Source: the human T2T-CHM13v2.0 reference genome, Homo sapiens. From it: a stretch of DNA of 64,000 bases. Positions within the stretch are counted from its first letter, which is position 1; each line of letters begins with the position of its first letter. Under the pieces are notes generated by a model. The model did not search any database and was not told the origin of the DNA. It saw only the letters and a list, made by a program, of their open reading frames with translations. This document shows, in pieces, positions 16,134 to 31,949 of this stretch. Location of the stretch: NCBI RefSeq assembly GCF_009914755.1, contig NC_060944.1; one strand, 5' to 3'. A program made the translations under genes and the position numbers.

Positions 16134-16762
16134 CTTGGAAAATCACAAAAGAAAATAAAAGAAGCTCTAACTAGCCCTCTTGCTATTCAGATTGTACTGG
16201 TAGTCCTAGCCAATGCAATGAGGTCCAAAAAGAGAGGAAGAGACTGGGTGGGTGTGGCAGCTCATGCCTGTAATCCCTGCACTTTGTGAGGCCAAGGTGG
16301 GAGGATTGCTTGAACCCAAGAGTTTAAGGCCACAGTGAACCACAATTGCATCACTGCACTGCACCCAAGGTGATGGGGCAAGACCCCCATCTCTAAAAAC
16401 CAGATTCCATTTACAATAATAAAAAACTTATAAAATATCCGGGAATAAACTCAACAAAGGAAACATTCAAAATATATAATGAAATAAACAAAAAACTACA
16501 AAAATATTAAATAACTAAATAAAATTCAAGTAAAGAAGACAGACACCCTTTTTCAGGATGAAAAGCCTAAATGTTATACAGGTATCAATTTACAAATAAT
16601 GCAATTCCAATTAAAATCTTAAAGGATTTTCATGGAACTTGTCAAGCTGACTCTAAAATTTATCTGAATCCCCGGAACCAAGAACAGTGCCCAGCACATA
16701 GTGGGAGTGTGATAAACATGCTGATTGAATGAATTAGTGAATGAACAGCTTCAATACCATCA

Positions 16763-17825
<1,063 letters not shown>

Positions 17826-18056
17826 CTAGATGAAACTGACTCATATTTATATTTCTAGGCCAGATTTATCTTCTGAACTCCAGATCAGTAGATCTGTCTT
17901 AGTAATCTCTTCACTTGATTAGTAAGAAACCAATTCAGACTCATTGTGTTCAAAACAAAACTACTATCCCTCTTGCAAACCCTGTGCTCTTCCAGTCATC
18001 AAATTGAGTAAGGTTAAAAACAGAGAGTTAACTCTAATCATCTAATTGGCCATTCG

Positions 18057-18357
18057 TTTTGTTTGTTTGTTTGTTGTTTTTGTTTTGGGACAGGGTCTTG
18101 CTCTGTCCCAGGCTGCAGTGCAGTAGTGCCATCTTGGGTTACTGCAACTTCCAGCTTCCAGTCAGGTGGTCCTCCAGCCTCCCAAGTAGCTGGGACCACA
18201 GGCTCACACCACCACACCCAGCTATTTTTTGTATTTTTAGTAGAGACGGGGTCTCGCCATGTTGCCCAGGCTGGTCTTGAACTCCTGCACTCAAGCCATC
18301 TGCCCGTCTCAGCTTCCCAAAGTGCTCGGATTATAGACATGAGCTACTGTGCCTTGC
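18057..18357 (-). mobile_element. AluJ
   Basis: Diverged Alu consensus. Confidence 0.9.
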
Positions 18358-19024
18358 CAATTGTCCATTTGTGATTATTGAAGTCATCACAACTACTCCT
18401 GGATGCATCTGCTAAATGTTTCTTGAATCTATCTGTGTCTCTCATGTATACTGACACCACCATGTGCCATAATTCCTTCACTATTCTAATGAATAACTTC
18501 CTAACCAATCTCTCCTCCTCAAACTCACTATTTCCCCCCTACTGCCCTCCTGCCTCAACTTAAAACAATGTCAGAATTGCAGGCTAGGTGTGGTGGCTCA
18601 CACCTGTAATCTTCCTCGGGAAGCTGAGGCAGGAGGATCACTTGAGCTCAGGAGTTCAAGACCATTCTGGACAACACAGTGAGACACCATCTCTACAAAA
18701 AAAATTTTTTTAAAGAATTTCCATTGATTTTAGATTAATTCCAAACCCTTCATCATCACAAGTTTGGCCTGGCCTGGCTGCAACCTGTATCTTCAGAGAC
18801 ATCTTCCACAGTATTTGCCCTCGCTCTCTACTCTAAGCTTTGGCCACAGTGACCTTCTTCCAATTCTTCACGTATGTTTCTTCCTACAACAGTGCCTTTG
18901 TATATGCTGTTCTTTCTGTCTGGAATAATCTCATTTTTCTCTGATTCTAATTAATTCTAACAACGCTTGATATCTAAAAGATCTCTCTTATTCCTATTAC
19001 ATCTTCTTAAAAAACAGATTATCA

Positions 19025-19313
19025 GGCCAGGCATGGTGGCACATGCCTGTAATCCCAGCTCTTTGATAGGTCAAAGTGGGCAGATCACTTGTGGCTGGGA
19101 GTTCGAGACCAGCCTGGGCAATATGGCAAGACCCAGCCTCTACTAAAAATAAAAAAATTAACCAGGTGTGGTGGCACACACTTGTAATCCCAGCCACTCG
19201 AGAGGCCAAGGCATGAGAATCACTTGAACCCAGGAGCTAAGATTGCACTACTGCATTCTAGCCTGGGTAGCAGAGTAAGACTGTCTTAAAAAAAAAAAAA
19301 AGAGAAAAAAAAG
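19025..19313 (+). mobile_element. Alu
   Basis: Alu consensus with A tail. Confidence 0.92.
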
Positions 19314-19404
19314 AAACAAAGCAAAATAACAGATTGATTATCTCTTAATAGTTTAGTTGTAAGTGTACCTTTATGTGGGTGAATTTTAGCCTTTATGTGG
19401 GTGA

Positions 19405-19755
<351 letters not shown>

Positions 19756-21184
19756 AGGAACTATGTCTTTTCATACTTACTATGGTATCCCTAGCTATGA
19801 CACTAGGAGCTCAACAAATGAATGGAAGAATTGAAACTGAACAGGAAAAATATATGCACAATGACTTGACATGGTAACCAATAAAGGTCTTCATCGAATG
19901 AATAAGGAGAAATTTTTTTTTTTTTTTTTGAGACAGGGTCACACTCTGTAGGCCAGGCTAGAGTACAGTGGTGCAATCCTGGCTCACTGCAACCTCTGTG
20001 AATGAGGAGAAACATAATCTGGTTCTAAGAAAGTAAGAATCATAGGACCAAAAAACCTGCAAATGTACCATATTTAATTTCATATTTTAAAACTATTTCC
20101 AAAGCACAATCCTAGTGTTTACATCAGAGCATTCATTACAATGAAAATAAAACCAGAAAGCATTCAAATATGAGAAGACAGATTCATCTCTGAGGATTAT
20201 CAGGAATTAATTTATAGTAGAAAATGACAAAGCTATTTCTTACGATGCTCAATAAAGAGTAAAAAAGGTATTTAAACAAGAACTTGAATTCATTTGTGTT
20301 TTAAACCCTTGGTTTCATATGCTATAAATATTAAGACAAAATTTTTCATTATACTTTATCATTAAGTAAAAATCTAATTTAATAAAATGTTCATACATAG
20401 TAAATGCTTAAGTAAAATAAATAAGAATGGCTGATAATTTCTCTTGAGAAATTGATAGGAATTTCTGTTTTAGTTTTTAAAAGTTCTTTAATTTTGATAA
20501 GTAACCTAAGAATATCTAAGCTATTATATAATTTTAAAATAGATTGAAACTTATTTCATATGTATTCATTTCTTACGGCCAAAAAATATAAATAAAAGTA
20601 AAGAAGTAAAGGTTTGCAAAATAATAGTTTTGATAATATTTTAAGAGCCAGTCATTGGGAACAAATTTTAATTAATAAGCTGTTGATAAAAACTCAATCC
20701 ATCTTTCTTAAATCCAGGGAATATTAAATTCCTTTGTAATATAATAATCTACTTGATACTCATAGATATATCCAATGTGCTGATAAAAAGTAAAACTTAG
20801 CACATCTATCTATTTTTCTAGTGGACCAAGACTGTTGGGAGATTTAATAAATATGCCCCTTGTGTGTAGTCCCTAACACCACCTAAGAGAATTATAAGAG
20901 TATGCCCAGTTAAGTTACTAAGCCTGTAAGAGGACTTCAAAATTAAGCAAATGATTAAATATCCTTGTAACAACTCCACTCAACTTATAAATTTGTAGTT
21001 TTGCCTTATCTCAGTTAAATTTTTAAGACATTCTTACTGTTTTTGTTTTTGAAATTGCTAAAATAATGTGTGATTGTCAGAGTGTTGGAATTTACTTGAA
21101 TATTTTGCCTACCTCCCATTTATTGAGTGTGCATTATGTGCCTGGCTCTGTAGTAAGAGCTTTTAATTCATTCCATTGGTTCTT

Positions 21185-21250
21185 TTTTTTTTTTTTTTTT
21201 TGGCCAAAATAGCAAATTTTATTTTAAACAGTAGTCTATAAGGTTTTTTC

Positions 21251-21290
<40 letters not shown>

Positions 21291-22847
21291 TTACTTTTTA
21301 AACTATTTTTTTTTAATTTTAATTTTTATTTTTATTGATCATTCTTGGGTGTTTCTCGCAGAGGGGGATTTGGCAGGGTCATAGGACAATAGTGGAGGGA
21401 AGGTCAGCAGATAAACAAGTGAACAAAGGTCTCTGGTTTTCCTAGGCAGAGGACCCTGCGGCCTTCCGCAGTGTTTATGTCCCTGGGTACTTGAGATTAG
21501 GGAGTGGTGATGACTCTTAACGAGCATGCTGCCTCCAAGCATCTGTTTAACAAAGCACATCTTGCACCTCCCTTAATCCATTTAACCCTGAGTGGACACA
21601 GCACGTGTTTCAGAGAGCACAGGGTTGGGGGTAAGGTGATAGATCAACAGCATCCCAAGGCAGAAGAATTTTTCTTAGTACAGAACAAAATGAAGTCTCC
21701 CATGTCTACTTCTTTCTACACAGACACAGCAACAATCTGAGTTCTCTATCTTTTCCCCACCTTTCCCCCTTTTCTATTCCACAAAACCACCATCGTCATC
21801 ATGGCCCGTTCTCAATGAGCTGTTGGGTACACCTCCCAGATGGGGTGGTGGCCGGGCAGAGGCGCCCCCCACCTCCCTCCCGGACGGGGCGCCTGGCCGG
21901 GCGGGGGCTGATCCCCACCTCCCTCCCGGACGGGGCGGCTGGCCAGGCGGGGGCTGCCCCCCACCTCCCTACCGGACGGGGTGGCTGCCGGACGGGGTGG
22001 CTGCCGGGCGGAGACGCTCCTCACTTCCCAGACGGGGTGGCTGCCTGGCGGAGGGGCTCCTCACTTCTCAGACGGGGCGGCCGGGCAGAGACGCTCCTCA
22101 CCTCCCAGACGGGGTGGCGGTCGGGCAGAGACACTCCTCAGTTCCCAGACGGGGTCGCGGCTGGGCAGAGGCGCTCCTCACATCCCAGACGGGGTGGCGG
22201 GGCAGAGGCGCTCCCCACATCTCAGACGATGGGCGGCCGGGCAGAGACGCTCCTCACTTCCTAGATGGGATGGCGGCCCGGAAGAGGCGCTCCTCACTTC
22301 CCAGACTGGGCAGCCTGGCAGAGGGGCTCCTCACATCCCAGACGATGGGCGGCCAGGCAGAGACGCTCCTCACTTCCCAGACGGGGTGGCGGCCGGGCAG
22401 AGGCTGCAATCTCGGCACTTTGGGAGGCCTAGGCAGGCGGCTGGGAGGTGGAGGTTGTAGCGAGCCGAGATCACGCCACTGCACTCCAGCCTGGGCACCA
22501 TTGAGCACTGAGTGAACCAGACTCCGTCTGCAATCCCGGCACCTCGGGAGGCCGAGGCTGGCGGATCACTCGCGGTTAGGAGCTGGAGACCAGCCTGGCC
22601 AACACAGCGAAACCCCGTCCCCACCAAAAAAATACGAAAACCAGTCAGGCGTGGCGGCGTGCGCCTGCAATCGCAGGCACTCGGCAGGTTGAGGCAGGAG
22701 AATCAGGCAGGGAGGTTGCAGTGAGCAGAGATGGCGGCAGTACAGTCCAGGTTCGGCTCGGCATCAGAGGGAGACCGTGGAAAGAGAGGGAGAGGGAGAC
22801 CCTGGGGAGAGGGGAGAGGGGAGAGGGGAGAGGGGAGAGCCGAGAGC
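21185..22847 (-). mobile_element. SVA retrotransposon (older B/C-like) with 3' transduction
   Basis: (CCCCTCT)n head, Alu-like domain, short VNTR, SINE-R, poly(A); TSD CATTYCATTGGTTCTT at 21169-21184 and 22848-22863. Confidence 0.95.
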
Positions 22848-23279
22848 CATTTCATTGGTTCTTAAGAACAACCACATAAGGTTAAGAAGCTCACAAAAGT
22901 TAGAGTTTACTTAAGTATTTAAACCTGGGTCTTTCTGTCTTCAAAATGCTATGCCACACTTCCTTTCAGCTCTGTAAACTGCATAGGCTCACTTATTTTC
23001 TCAAATCTGTAAAAGTCTGTAAAACCTGTCTGATGTCTGTAAAACATCATCAACTTTAAATATGTTTTTTTATAGGGAAAAAGAAAAATCAAATAATGTA
23101 TACTTTGATTTTAAGACACACTCCAATTTTAGAAAAGTTAAATGTGAAAAAGAAAACAACCTCATGGATCTTAAAAGTATCTGTGCTTTATTATCTCCAT
23201 TAGCAGTGAGCAGTATTCATGGTCTTCGAAAAATATAGAAATATAGTATTGGGCATTTAGTAATTGAAAATTATTCTAT

Positions 23280-24490
23280 TTAAAATAGCAACATAACAAT
23301 GAGATGCTTAAAAATTAACATAAAAGGTTTAAAACCTATACTGAAAACTTTAAAATCTTAATAAAGATAATGAAATATGATTTGAATTAATGAAATGATT
23401 ACCACGTTCTTGAGTGGAAACACTTGATAACCCAAGAATGTTAATGTTTCTGCAAATTAATATATAAACCTGAATTGAATTCCAATGTAATTCATTTTAT
23501 AATTACATGAAATGATCTATAAATTTATATGAAAGAATAAAACTAAAAAATAGCCAAGGGGTATATTAAAGAGAAAAATAGTGAAATAGGGAATTCCTTT
23601 AGCAGATACTAAAAATTTTAAGACATGATTATAATCAATAAGTGTGGTATTGCTTTAAGAAAAGGCAAAAAAAATTAGTCGAAAAGACAGTTTAGAAATA
23701 AATTTCCCATAAATGAGAATGTAATATATGACAAGGGTGGTATTTCAACTTGCTGGGAAAAGATATTTTAAAAATAATTGATGTTGACACAACTGGTTCT
23801 CCATCTAGAAGAAAATTAAACTGAACCTATACCTCATATCATATATATATATAATTACAGATAGATTAAAACTTAAATGTACAAGGCAAAATGCTTAGGA
23901 GAATATTTAGAAGACCTAAGGGTTTTTAATCAAGATAAGAAACCCAGACTAGAAAACATAGACATATTTGATTAGAGAAAAATTAAAGCGTTTTAATTGG
24001 TAAAGCATCCTATGATTGAAAGAAATAGAAAACAATTTGCAAAAAATATTTGTACCAAAGAGGATAGATGAAAGGTTAATATCTTTAATAGCATTTATAA
24101 TGCACAAAGCACTCTTACAAATAAGAAAAATAAGAAAATGGGCAATAAATATAGATAATTCAAAGAAGAACAAATCCAAATGGCTAGCAATATATTTTTT
24201 AAATACTCAAATTCATTAGTAATCAGAAACTTCAAAACAAAATAACAAGGAACTAATAATTGGTAAAATAAAAAAGAACATAGTACCTATTACTAACTGG
24301 CAGTGGCAATAGGTAATGAGGTTATGGGAAATGGTACTCATGAATGGCTGGTAGAATTATGAATTGTTACAGTCTTTTGCAAAATAATGAGGCAATACTT
24401 AGTAAAGAGTGCAAATCTTTTTCTGACCTGGAGGTTTCATTCATTAGAATCTAACACTTATAAATGAAAACATAAGTAGGTAACAATATG
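23280..24490 (+). mobile_element. Old L1M fragment
   Basis: A-rich degenerate ORF2 motifs. Confidence 0.6.
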
Positions 24491-24999
24491 TGTACAAAGT
24501 TATTGGCCTTCTTAAAAAGAATATATGTACAAAGTCATTGTCTATGGGTACAGACATACAGGAGGAAGGCAGATATAAAAATCTTCTTGTCATAACCTCT
24601 CTGGCAAGGTGGCCTCTGGGTTTAGAGTAGCTCTCCTGAGAAGAGGTAGCTGTAAGCCATTAGCAGCTAATGCTCGCAGGATTTGGGGATGGGTACACTA
24701 GGCCAGTTCAAATGGGACCTGGGTGGGACACCAACATCTTCCACTACAATCTCTACAGGCATAGTATGTGACCATTAAAGAAAGGAATTAGCTTTTTCAG
24801 ATGACTTAGAGACTTTTCTGAAAAAAGCAGATCAAAGTTATGTAAAAGCAGATCAAAGTTATATAAAAGCAGGTCAAAGTTATATAAAATGATCTTTTTT
24901 TTTCTTTTACAAAAGCATGTACAAAATTTTTCTTCATATGTCTTTATATAAATTATCTGAGTATAGAGAAAATATGGTTCAATGCCCAGTAGGTCATTT

Positions 25000-25301
<302 letters not shown>

Positions 25302-25570
25302 CCAGTAGCTAGTTTATATGTAATACCTAGTGCAGGAGAATGCACTAGGTATTACATATACCTATGTAATGAATGAAGATGATGCAGGTAGAAAAGGGGA
25401 GTAGGGAAGAATGTCAGGTCTAGGACAATTTAAGGAAAAAAAGAGAGAAAAGAGACTGCACCCTACCAAAAAAGACGATTATAATCAAAGAACGACAATA
25501 AACTAAGAAATGATTTGATAAGCTTGGTGGTAAAACCTGGCATTGGTACCTTCTGTCCACATTGGGCACA

Positions 25571-25842
25571 CAGTTGGCCTTCCATATGGCAGGTTCCACA
25601 TCTGTGGATTCAACCAACTGTGGATGGGAAATATTTGAAATAACAAAAATAAAAAATACAGCGTAACAATTATTTACATAGCATTTACATTGTTTTAGGT
25701 ATTATAAGTAATCTAGAGATAATTTAAAGTATACAGGAGGATGTGTGTAGGTTACATGCAAATACTGTGCCATTTTGCCTAAGGAATCTGATATCCAAGG
25801 AGGTCCAGGAACTAATGCCCCAAGAATTCCCAGGGATGACTG
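25571..25842 (-). mobile_element. MER2-type TcMar-Tigger MITE
   Basis: Terminal cagttggcc.../...gatgactg; internal ggtattataagtaatctagag. Confidence 0.75.
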
Positions 25843-25907
25843 TATTTTGCTTTCTGTGCATCTGTAGCCCTGGAGAAGGATTTACATCTTGGCAGTTTTT
25901 TACCATC

Positions 25908-26345
25908 TGTGGTGAGTTGAATGATGTCCCCCCAAAAGATATGTCCAAAGACCTAAGTCCTGCTACCTGTGAATGTGACCTTATTTGGAAACAGGGTCTT
26001 TGCAAGTGCAATTAAGGATCTTGAGATGACATCATCCTGGATTTAGGGTGGGCCCTAAATCCAATCACTGGTGTCCTTGCAAGAGAAAGGAGAGGGATAT
26101 TTGACACACAGAGAGGGCGGTGGAAGGCCATGTGAATACAAGGGCAGATTGTAGTGGTGACAGCTACTACAGGCTGGAGAAGGTAAGGAATGATTAACCC
26201 TAGAGCCTCCGGAGGGAGCATAGCCCTGCCAACAACACTTTGATGACAAACTTCTAGTGTCTAAAACAGAGAGAATACGTTTCTGTTATTTTAAGCCACT
26301 ACTTTTGTGGCAATTGTTATGGCAGCCCTAAAAAACTAATATACC
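25908..26345 (+). mobile_element. MLT1C-like MaLR LTR
   Basis: tgtggtgagttgaatga...ggcagccctaaaaaactaatata. Confidence 0.85.
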
Positions 26346-27543
26346 ACCCCATTTCATAGACACCATAAGAGTTGAAGGTAGTAAAAACTTAAGGGCAATA
26401 GTTTGTTTATTGTTTGAATTCATCATACCACATAGGTGTTTTGCTGCTGCTTGTGAGTGACAAGTCAACAGATGGGTACAAAACTGTATCATTAAGAAGA
26501 CGTCATGTCTAGCTTGGGGATGTGCGGCTGAACGTTCAGCCCATGAAGAGAGGCTATGCATTTGCTCTAAAGATTACCTGAATATGTATATATCTTTAAT
26601 GATGCATATGAGAAAATAAATACAAAAATAAAAATGCATATGAGAAAGATAAACTTACTGATAGAAAATGTGGAAGGCATTTCAGAAGCATTTGACTAGT
26701 GTACTAGAAATGGAAGGCAATCTATTATATAATCGTCCTCCAGATGTCACATCAATATACCGCAACCACAGTGTGAAAGTGCTCCTTTTCCTAAACTTTT
26801 GCCAACAATAGTTACTATCTTTGCCAATTTAGTAACTGAAAATGGACTCTCCTTTTAAAACTAATATTTAAAAAAATCACTGGGGGTAGATAATATGTAG
26901 TCTTTCCATTTCCAGTACACTTGGACCCAGAAACCTGAATTATATTTATTTATCCTGAAGAAATAATCAGGGATATGGGAAAACAATATATACAGTATGT
27001 TCACTGCATTGTTGCATATATTAACACAAAAATTTTGAAAACAACCCAAAGGTTTACTAATACCAATTTATTAACTAAATTATGGCATAATCTTTATAAC
27101 TAAAATTTCTTCAGGCATTAAAAATGATATAATATATTCCATTTACCCTGATGTGATTATTACACATTGTATGCCTGCATCAAAATATCTTATATACCCA
27201 ATAAATATATATACCTACTAGGTACCCATAAAAGTTAAAAGAAACATGATGTAATAACAGAATGTGTAGAATTCTATATGTGTATGATGTTCATGACATA
27301 TTAAGTAAAAGGAATAGATTATAAAACAGAACATACTGTATGATCATCTTTTTGGAAAAATCCATGCAGAAAACAAACTGAAAAGATACATAGAAAATGT
27401 AAACACTGATTATCTCTGAAGATAGCAGGAATATACTTGACTTTAGTGTGTGTGTGTCTGTGTGTGTGTCTGATTCATATTTTCCCAGTTTTCTATTACA
27501 ACATGTTTAACTTATAAAATTAATAATTAAAAAAAAAAATCTC

Positions 27544-27823
27544 GGCCAGGCGCGGTGGCTCACACCTATAATCCCAGCACTTTGGGAAGCCAAGGCGGGC
27601 AGATCACATGAGGTCAGGAGTTCGAGATCAGCCTGACCAACATGGAGAAACTCCATCTCTACTAAAAATACAAAATTAGCCGGGCATGGTGGCACATGCC
27701 TGTAATCCCAGCTACTCGGGAGGCGGAGGCAGGAGAATCCTTGAACCCAGGAGGCGGAGGTTGCAGTGAGCTGAGATCGCGCCATTGCACTCCAGCCTGT
27801 GCAACAAGAGCGAAACACCATCT

Positions 27824-27853
<30 letters not shown>
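27544..27853 (+). mobile_element. AluS
   Basis: Alu consensus; TSD aaaaaattct-like. Confidence 0.95.
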
Positions 27854-27856
<3 letters not shown>

Positions 27857-28041
27857 CTCCCTGGCTAGATGATCAACTTGTTGAGGCCAGAGACTGTGAA
27901 CAAATTTCTGTGTTGTTTTTTCCTCTTCTCACCGCCAAATACGCTTGACTATCCTATCTGCAAACAGAAAGGGCTCAATTAATACTTCCCAAAATCAAAC
28001 CACAATACTAGAAACAAAATCAAGATGGCTAAAATAAGATG

Positions 28042-28047
28042 TTTATT
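28042..28047 (-). terminator. MKKS: Candidate distal MKKS poly(A) signal (long ~4.2 kb 3' UTR)
   Basis: AATAAA (minus) followed by T/GT-rich downstream sequence; matches my recollection of the long annotated 3' end. Confidence 0.45.
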
Positions 28048-29889
28048 ATAAGTATTTTCTCAAAGAGAATTTTTAATAGGAGATTGTCAAGCTGTTTTAT
28101 TTCCCTCTAAATTCACACTTCATTACAGGTAATATAGTATTCTATGGATTTTAGTGCGCCAAGACTAATCGTCTCTCCAACAAACAGCTTCACTTACATT
28201 TAGGAATAGTTTTCAGGGATTGCATTCTCTTTCATGAATATTACTATATTCTTAGTAAAGCAGCATATAAATCTACTTATAATCCAAAAGTAGGCTAACA
28301 TTGGGTTTAGGTGCATCTAAATTCAAATTCTGTAGATGATTGGCAAAAACTTCCATTATGGGATACAATAGTTACTAAATGGAAGCACTTAGCTACATGA
28401 AAAAAATTATAAAGATATCAGATATTCAAAATTGACTTTTCCTTCAGATTAAGAGATAGCTTTATTTAGACAGCTGAAACAGGGCCTTGTAGGAGATGTT
28501 TAGTCTCTTTGACTATTCCCCAAAGATTATCAGGAAGGAATAACCTAACTAATTGTATGTTTTGTCAAGGCCTGCATTGATTTTTTACATGATAATTTTA
28601 AATAACCTGCATAATGTATGTGATGGTAAACAACATTATTTTATTTTAAAGTTATCCAAAGAACTGCTCAACAATATGAACAACAATATGAAAATACATA
28701 GTACAATGGCTGATTTATGGTTACTTCAAATTTCTTGTCTACAATGTAAATGCCTAAGTAGCTTTGATAATACAAACCAAATGAGTTCAAGGATACCTAT
28801 AATAAAAGATATTAATGTGATATAGTTTAAATATCTTGTGTAAAATACTTCACTTACATAAAGTGCTTCAGTCTAACAGTTGACTTACAATGTCTAACAT
28901 ATAAAGACTCTCTAATATGGTACAAATGGAAGAATTAAAGGGTAGGATATCTATAAGACCAAATAAGTATTTGATTAAAAGTTTCCTTTATTTGCTGTAG
29001 CTCTCCACTTTCTTCCTTGCTGCTAAAATCCTAATGCCTTTTGATTAATAAGATGATAATCCTGTTGGACTCCTATGGTTGAATAACGTTTAATGTTACA
29101 TGTCCTGAGAGTCCCACGAAATTATTGAGCAGCTGTCACCGACTTCATTTTCTTCTTCACACTCTCCCTTTCCTTTTCCACAGCGATCACGGTTTCCCAT
29201 TCTCTCTCCTGAGGTACTTCATAATGCAATATTCAGACCTCAATCTTACTTTAAGTCACAAAACACTGCCTGAGGCTTACCTTAGTTGCTATTTTTACTT
29301 ATCATTTATTTCTGCCAAAAGGAACTCCTCTAAAATTATTTTCATCAAGAATTTTCATTTCATGTTTTATCATCTAAGTTTGAACGCTAATTTTCTTGAA
29401 CTATAGAGGAAGGTTTTTTTTCTCTTTTTTTCTATTTCCAGTGTTTTCTGCTAGGGATTATTATAACTTTAGGAAACATAGAGGTATTTGTAAATATATT
29501 TTAACGAATTTGTGATATATTCAAAATAAGAGCATTGATGTTTCACTAAGGAATGTAATCAAATTGTATGGCAAAGCTAAAAATGATAGAATTTAAAAAG
29601 TGGCTATCGTGAAAAGTAGAAGCCCCTAATCTATAAGATCAATTGGAGAGGTTCGCTGTGTCACCCCTTCTTGGAGGAACTTGAAAAAATGCAGGATAAG
29701 GGCAAAGAGAACCAGGACAATACCCAACTCCTATGTGACACATTGTAAACACATGTGATAAAGAACCCTTCTTTTAGGTTGGGGTGATGATAAAAATGCA
29801 AAGGCATGGCATCAAGAATGCTTTTTTCCATTTATGTGACCAAGTTTTCAGTAAATAATTTATTACAAATAAGCTTTTCCTCCTGCCTT

Positions 29890-30795
29890 TATTAGATAGC
29901 TATTGCTGTATAAGAAAGTACATCCCAAATTTGACTTAAAACAACATTTATTATCTCACAGATTTTGTGGGTTAGGAACCAACCTGGGAGTAGCTTAGCT
30001 GGCTTTTTTGCATCAGGGTCTCTCGTGTGGCTCCAGTGGTAGGGCTATACTCAACTCAAGGTTCCACTGGGGAGAACCTGCTTCCAAATTCACTCTTGTG
30101 GTTATTGGTACGATTCAGTTCCTTTTGAGCTGTTGGCTAGAAGCCTCCCTCAACCCTTGCTATGTGGGCCTCCCCAGGGGGCAGTTCCCAACATGACAGC
30201 TGGCTTCCATTGAGAGAGAAGGCATCAAGAGACAAACTCATCTTTTTACCACCAAATATCAGAAGTGATATCCTGTCCCTTCTGCTGTATTCTATTCATT
30301 AGAAGCTAGTCATTAGGTCCCACCTACACCCAGAGAGTGAACCACCAGGAAGTGAGATTATTGGGAACCATCTTAGAGGCTGCCTACCACATGCAAAATA
30401 CGTCCCCCCTACTCCTCAGATCCTCAAAAGTTTCACTTTTGCATTACAACATCAGCTCAAAGTTCAGAATCTCATAATTGGAATCAAGTCAGGGTGATAT
30501 CATAACTGGAATCACCCCAGGCTTCCTCAGGAGGTAGTTCTTTAAGTACAGTTCCTGGAACACAGTTGCTTTCCATCTGTAGACCCATGAAACTAGAGAA
30601 AAGTTATCTGCCTTCTACTCACAGCATAAAATTATGGATAAGGCATAACCATAACCATCACCATAACATTCTGTCCACAAAGCTGGGAAATGGGAGACAT
30701 AAAGGAGTCACTAAGTCTAGCCCATGCTCAAGGGGAGGAAATTATGCAAGGTCTGAAACTAGGAGGTGGGGCCACCTTAGAGGCTGCCTACCACA
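29890..30795 (-). mobile_element. MLT1-type LTR remnants
   Basis: MLT1 motifs; terminal cttagaggctgcctaccaca occurs twice. Confidence 0.65.
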
Positions 30796-31334
30796 CTGCC
30801 CTTCTATTTGATTGTAATAATAAAAGGAGTAAAACTTTTGATAAATATTTTATGAGACTTCAGGTGGGGCTGATACCTAACATATATGGATGGCATTGCT
30901 GCTTGTATTGCTAGTTTTTTCCTTTGGCTCAGAGTAAAAATTCTTTTTGATTACAAGAATATCAGAGGAAATTGTTTAACAATTCTATTTCTCTTTATCA
31001 TGGCTATAGATCTGATCATTGACTATTAGGTTGGTTTGTTTCCCAAAAATTTCCAAAATATTTTCCTAAAGTTTAATACAACATTTGTTATAGCTCCATG
31101 CTTATTCATGTGGCTGCCTTCTATATTTCTTCTTCAATTTATCAATACATCTTATATTTGCATAAAATTCAAACTACATCCTTTGGTGAAACATAATGTC
31201 TCTACTTTGAACATGGGAGATTTTCTACTTTCTTTTTCATACTATTGACTAGAGAAATAACTTCCCCTTCCCTTTATGCTGCTTTCTGAAGTCCTGCTAG
31301 AATACTCCTTATTGTCCTTCCTTTTTCTATCAGT

Positions 31335-31550
31335 CTATGGTTCTCAACCAACAACAGTTTTGCTCTTCGGGGGACATTTGGCAATGTCTGGAAACATTTT
31401 TGGTTGTCACAACAGGAGGGTGCTACTGGCATCTAGTGTGCAGAGGCCAGGGATGCTGCTCAGTAAGCTGTAATGCACAGGGCAGCCTCCGTACAACAAA
31501 GAATTATGGGGCTCAGAATGTCAATAATGCCAAAGTTGAGAAACCCCAGT
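31335..31550. mobile_element. MER20 (hAT-Charlie)
   Basis: ggttctcaacc...ggggacatttggcaatgtctgga...gttgagaaacc. Confidence 0.85.
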
Positions 31551-31949
31551 GTAAAACAAACCAGTCCTTCTTCCCACTTTAAAAATGAAGACATTACAAT
31601 GTTGCTTTAGCCTTGGTTACTATATAAATCTACTTTTTCCCCCCAAAAGCAAACATTTCCCCAAAATAACAAAAATGTGGAGTTGTGATATAAACTACAA
31701 ATTGCAGGCAAACCAGGTTCTACTCAATTACCTAACCACTGAAGAATATAGCTTGAGATAAAGGGCATGGAGAAAAGTGAAATTTTACTAAATGTGCAGT
31801 TTGAATACTTCTTTTGATTGAGCAATATATACTGAATGTTTTGTGACACTTTGAGATCTAGTTTTATACTTTAAGCATATGTAATTACTGCTAACTGGAA
31901 AATATCTAAAATATGTATATCCAAACTAGAGCATGGATTAGGAGTCTTT

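Noticed and set aside
21815-22724. Long GC-rich ORFs up to 230 aa
   Set aside because: Stop-poor SVA VNTR/Alu-like sequence.
24823-24888. 21-bp x3 repeat (aaaagcagatcaaagttatRt); also a 22-bp x2 repeat at ~19368-19410
   Set aside because: Simple slippage duplications; no spacers, not CRISPR-like.
30372-30795. Direct repeat cttagaggctgcctaccaca
   Set aside because: Terminal sequence of two MLT1-family LTR copies.
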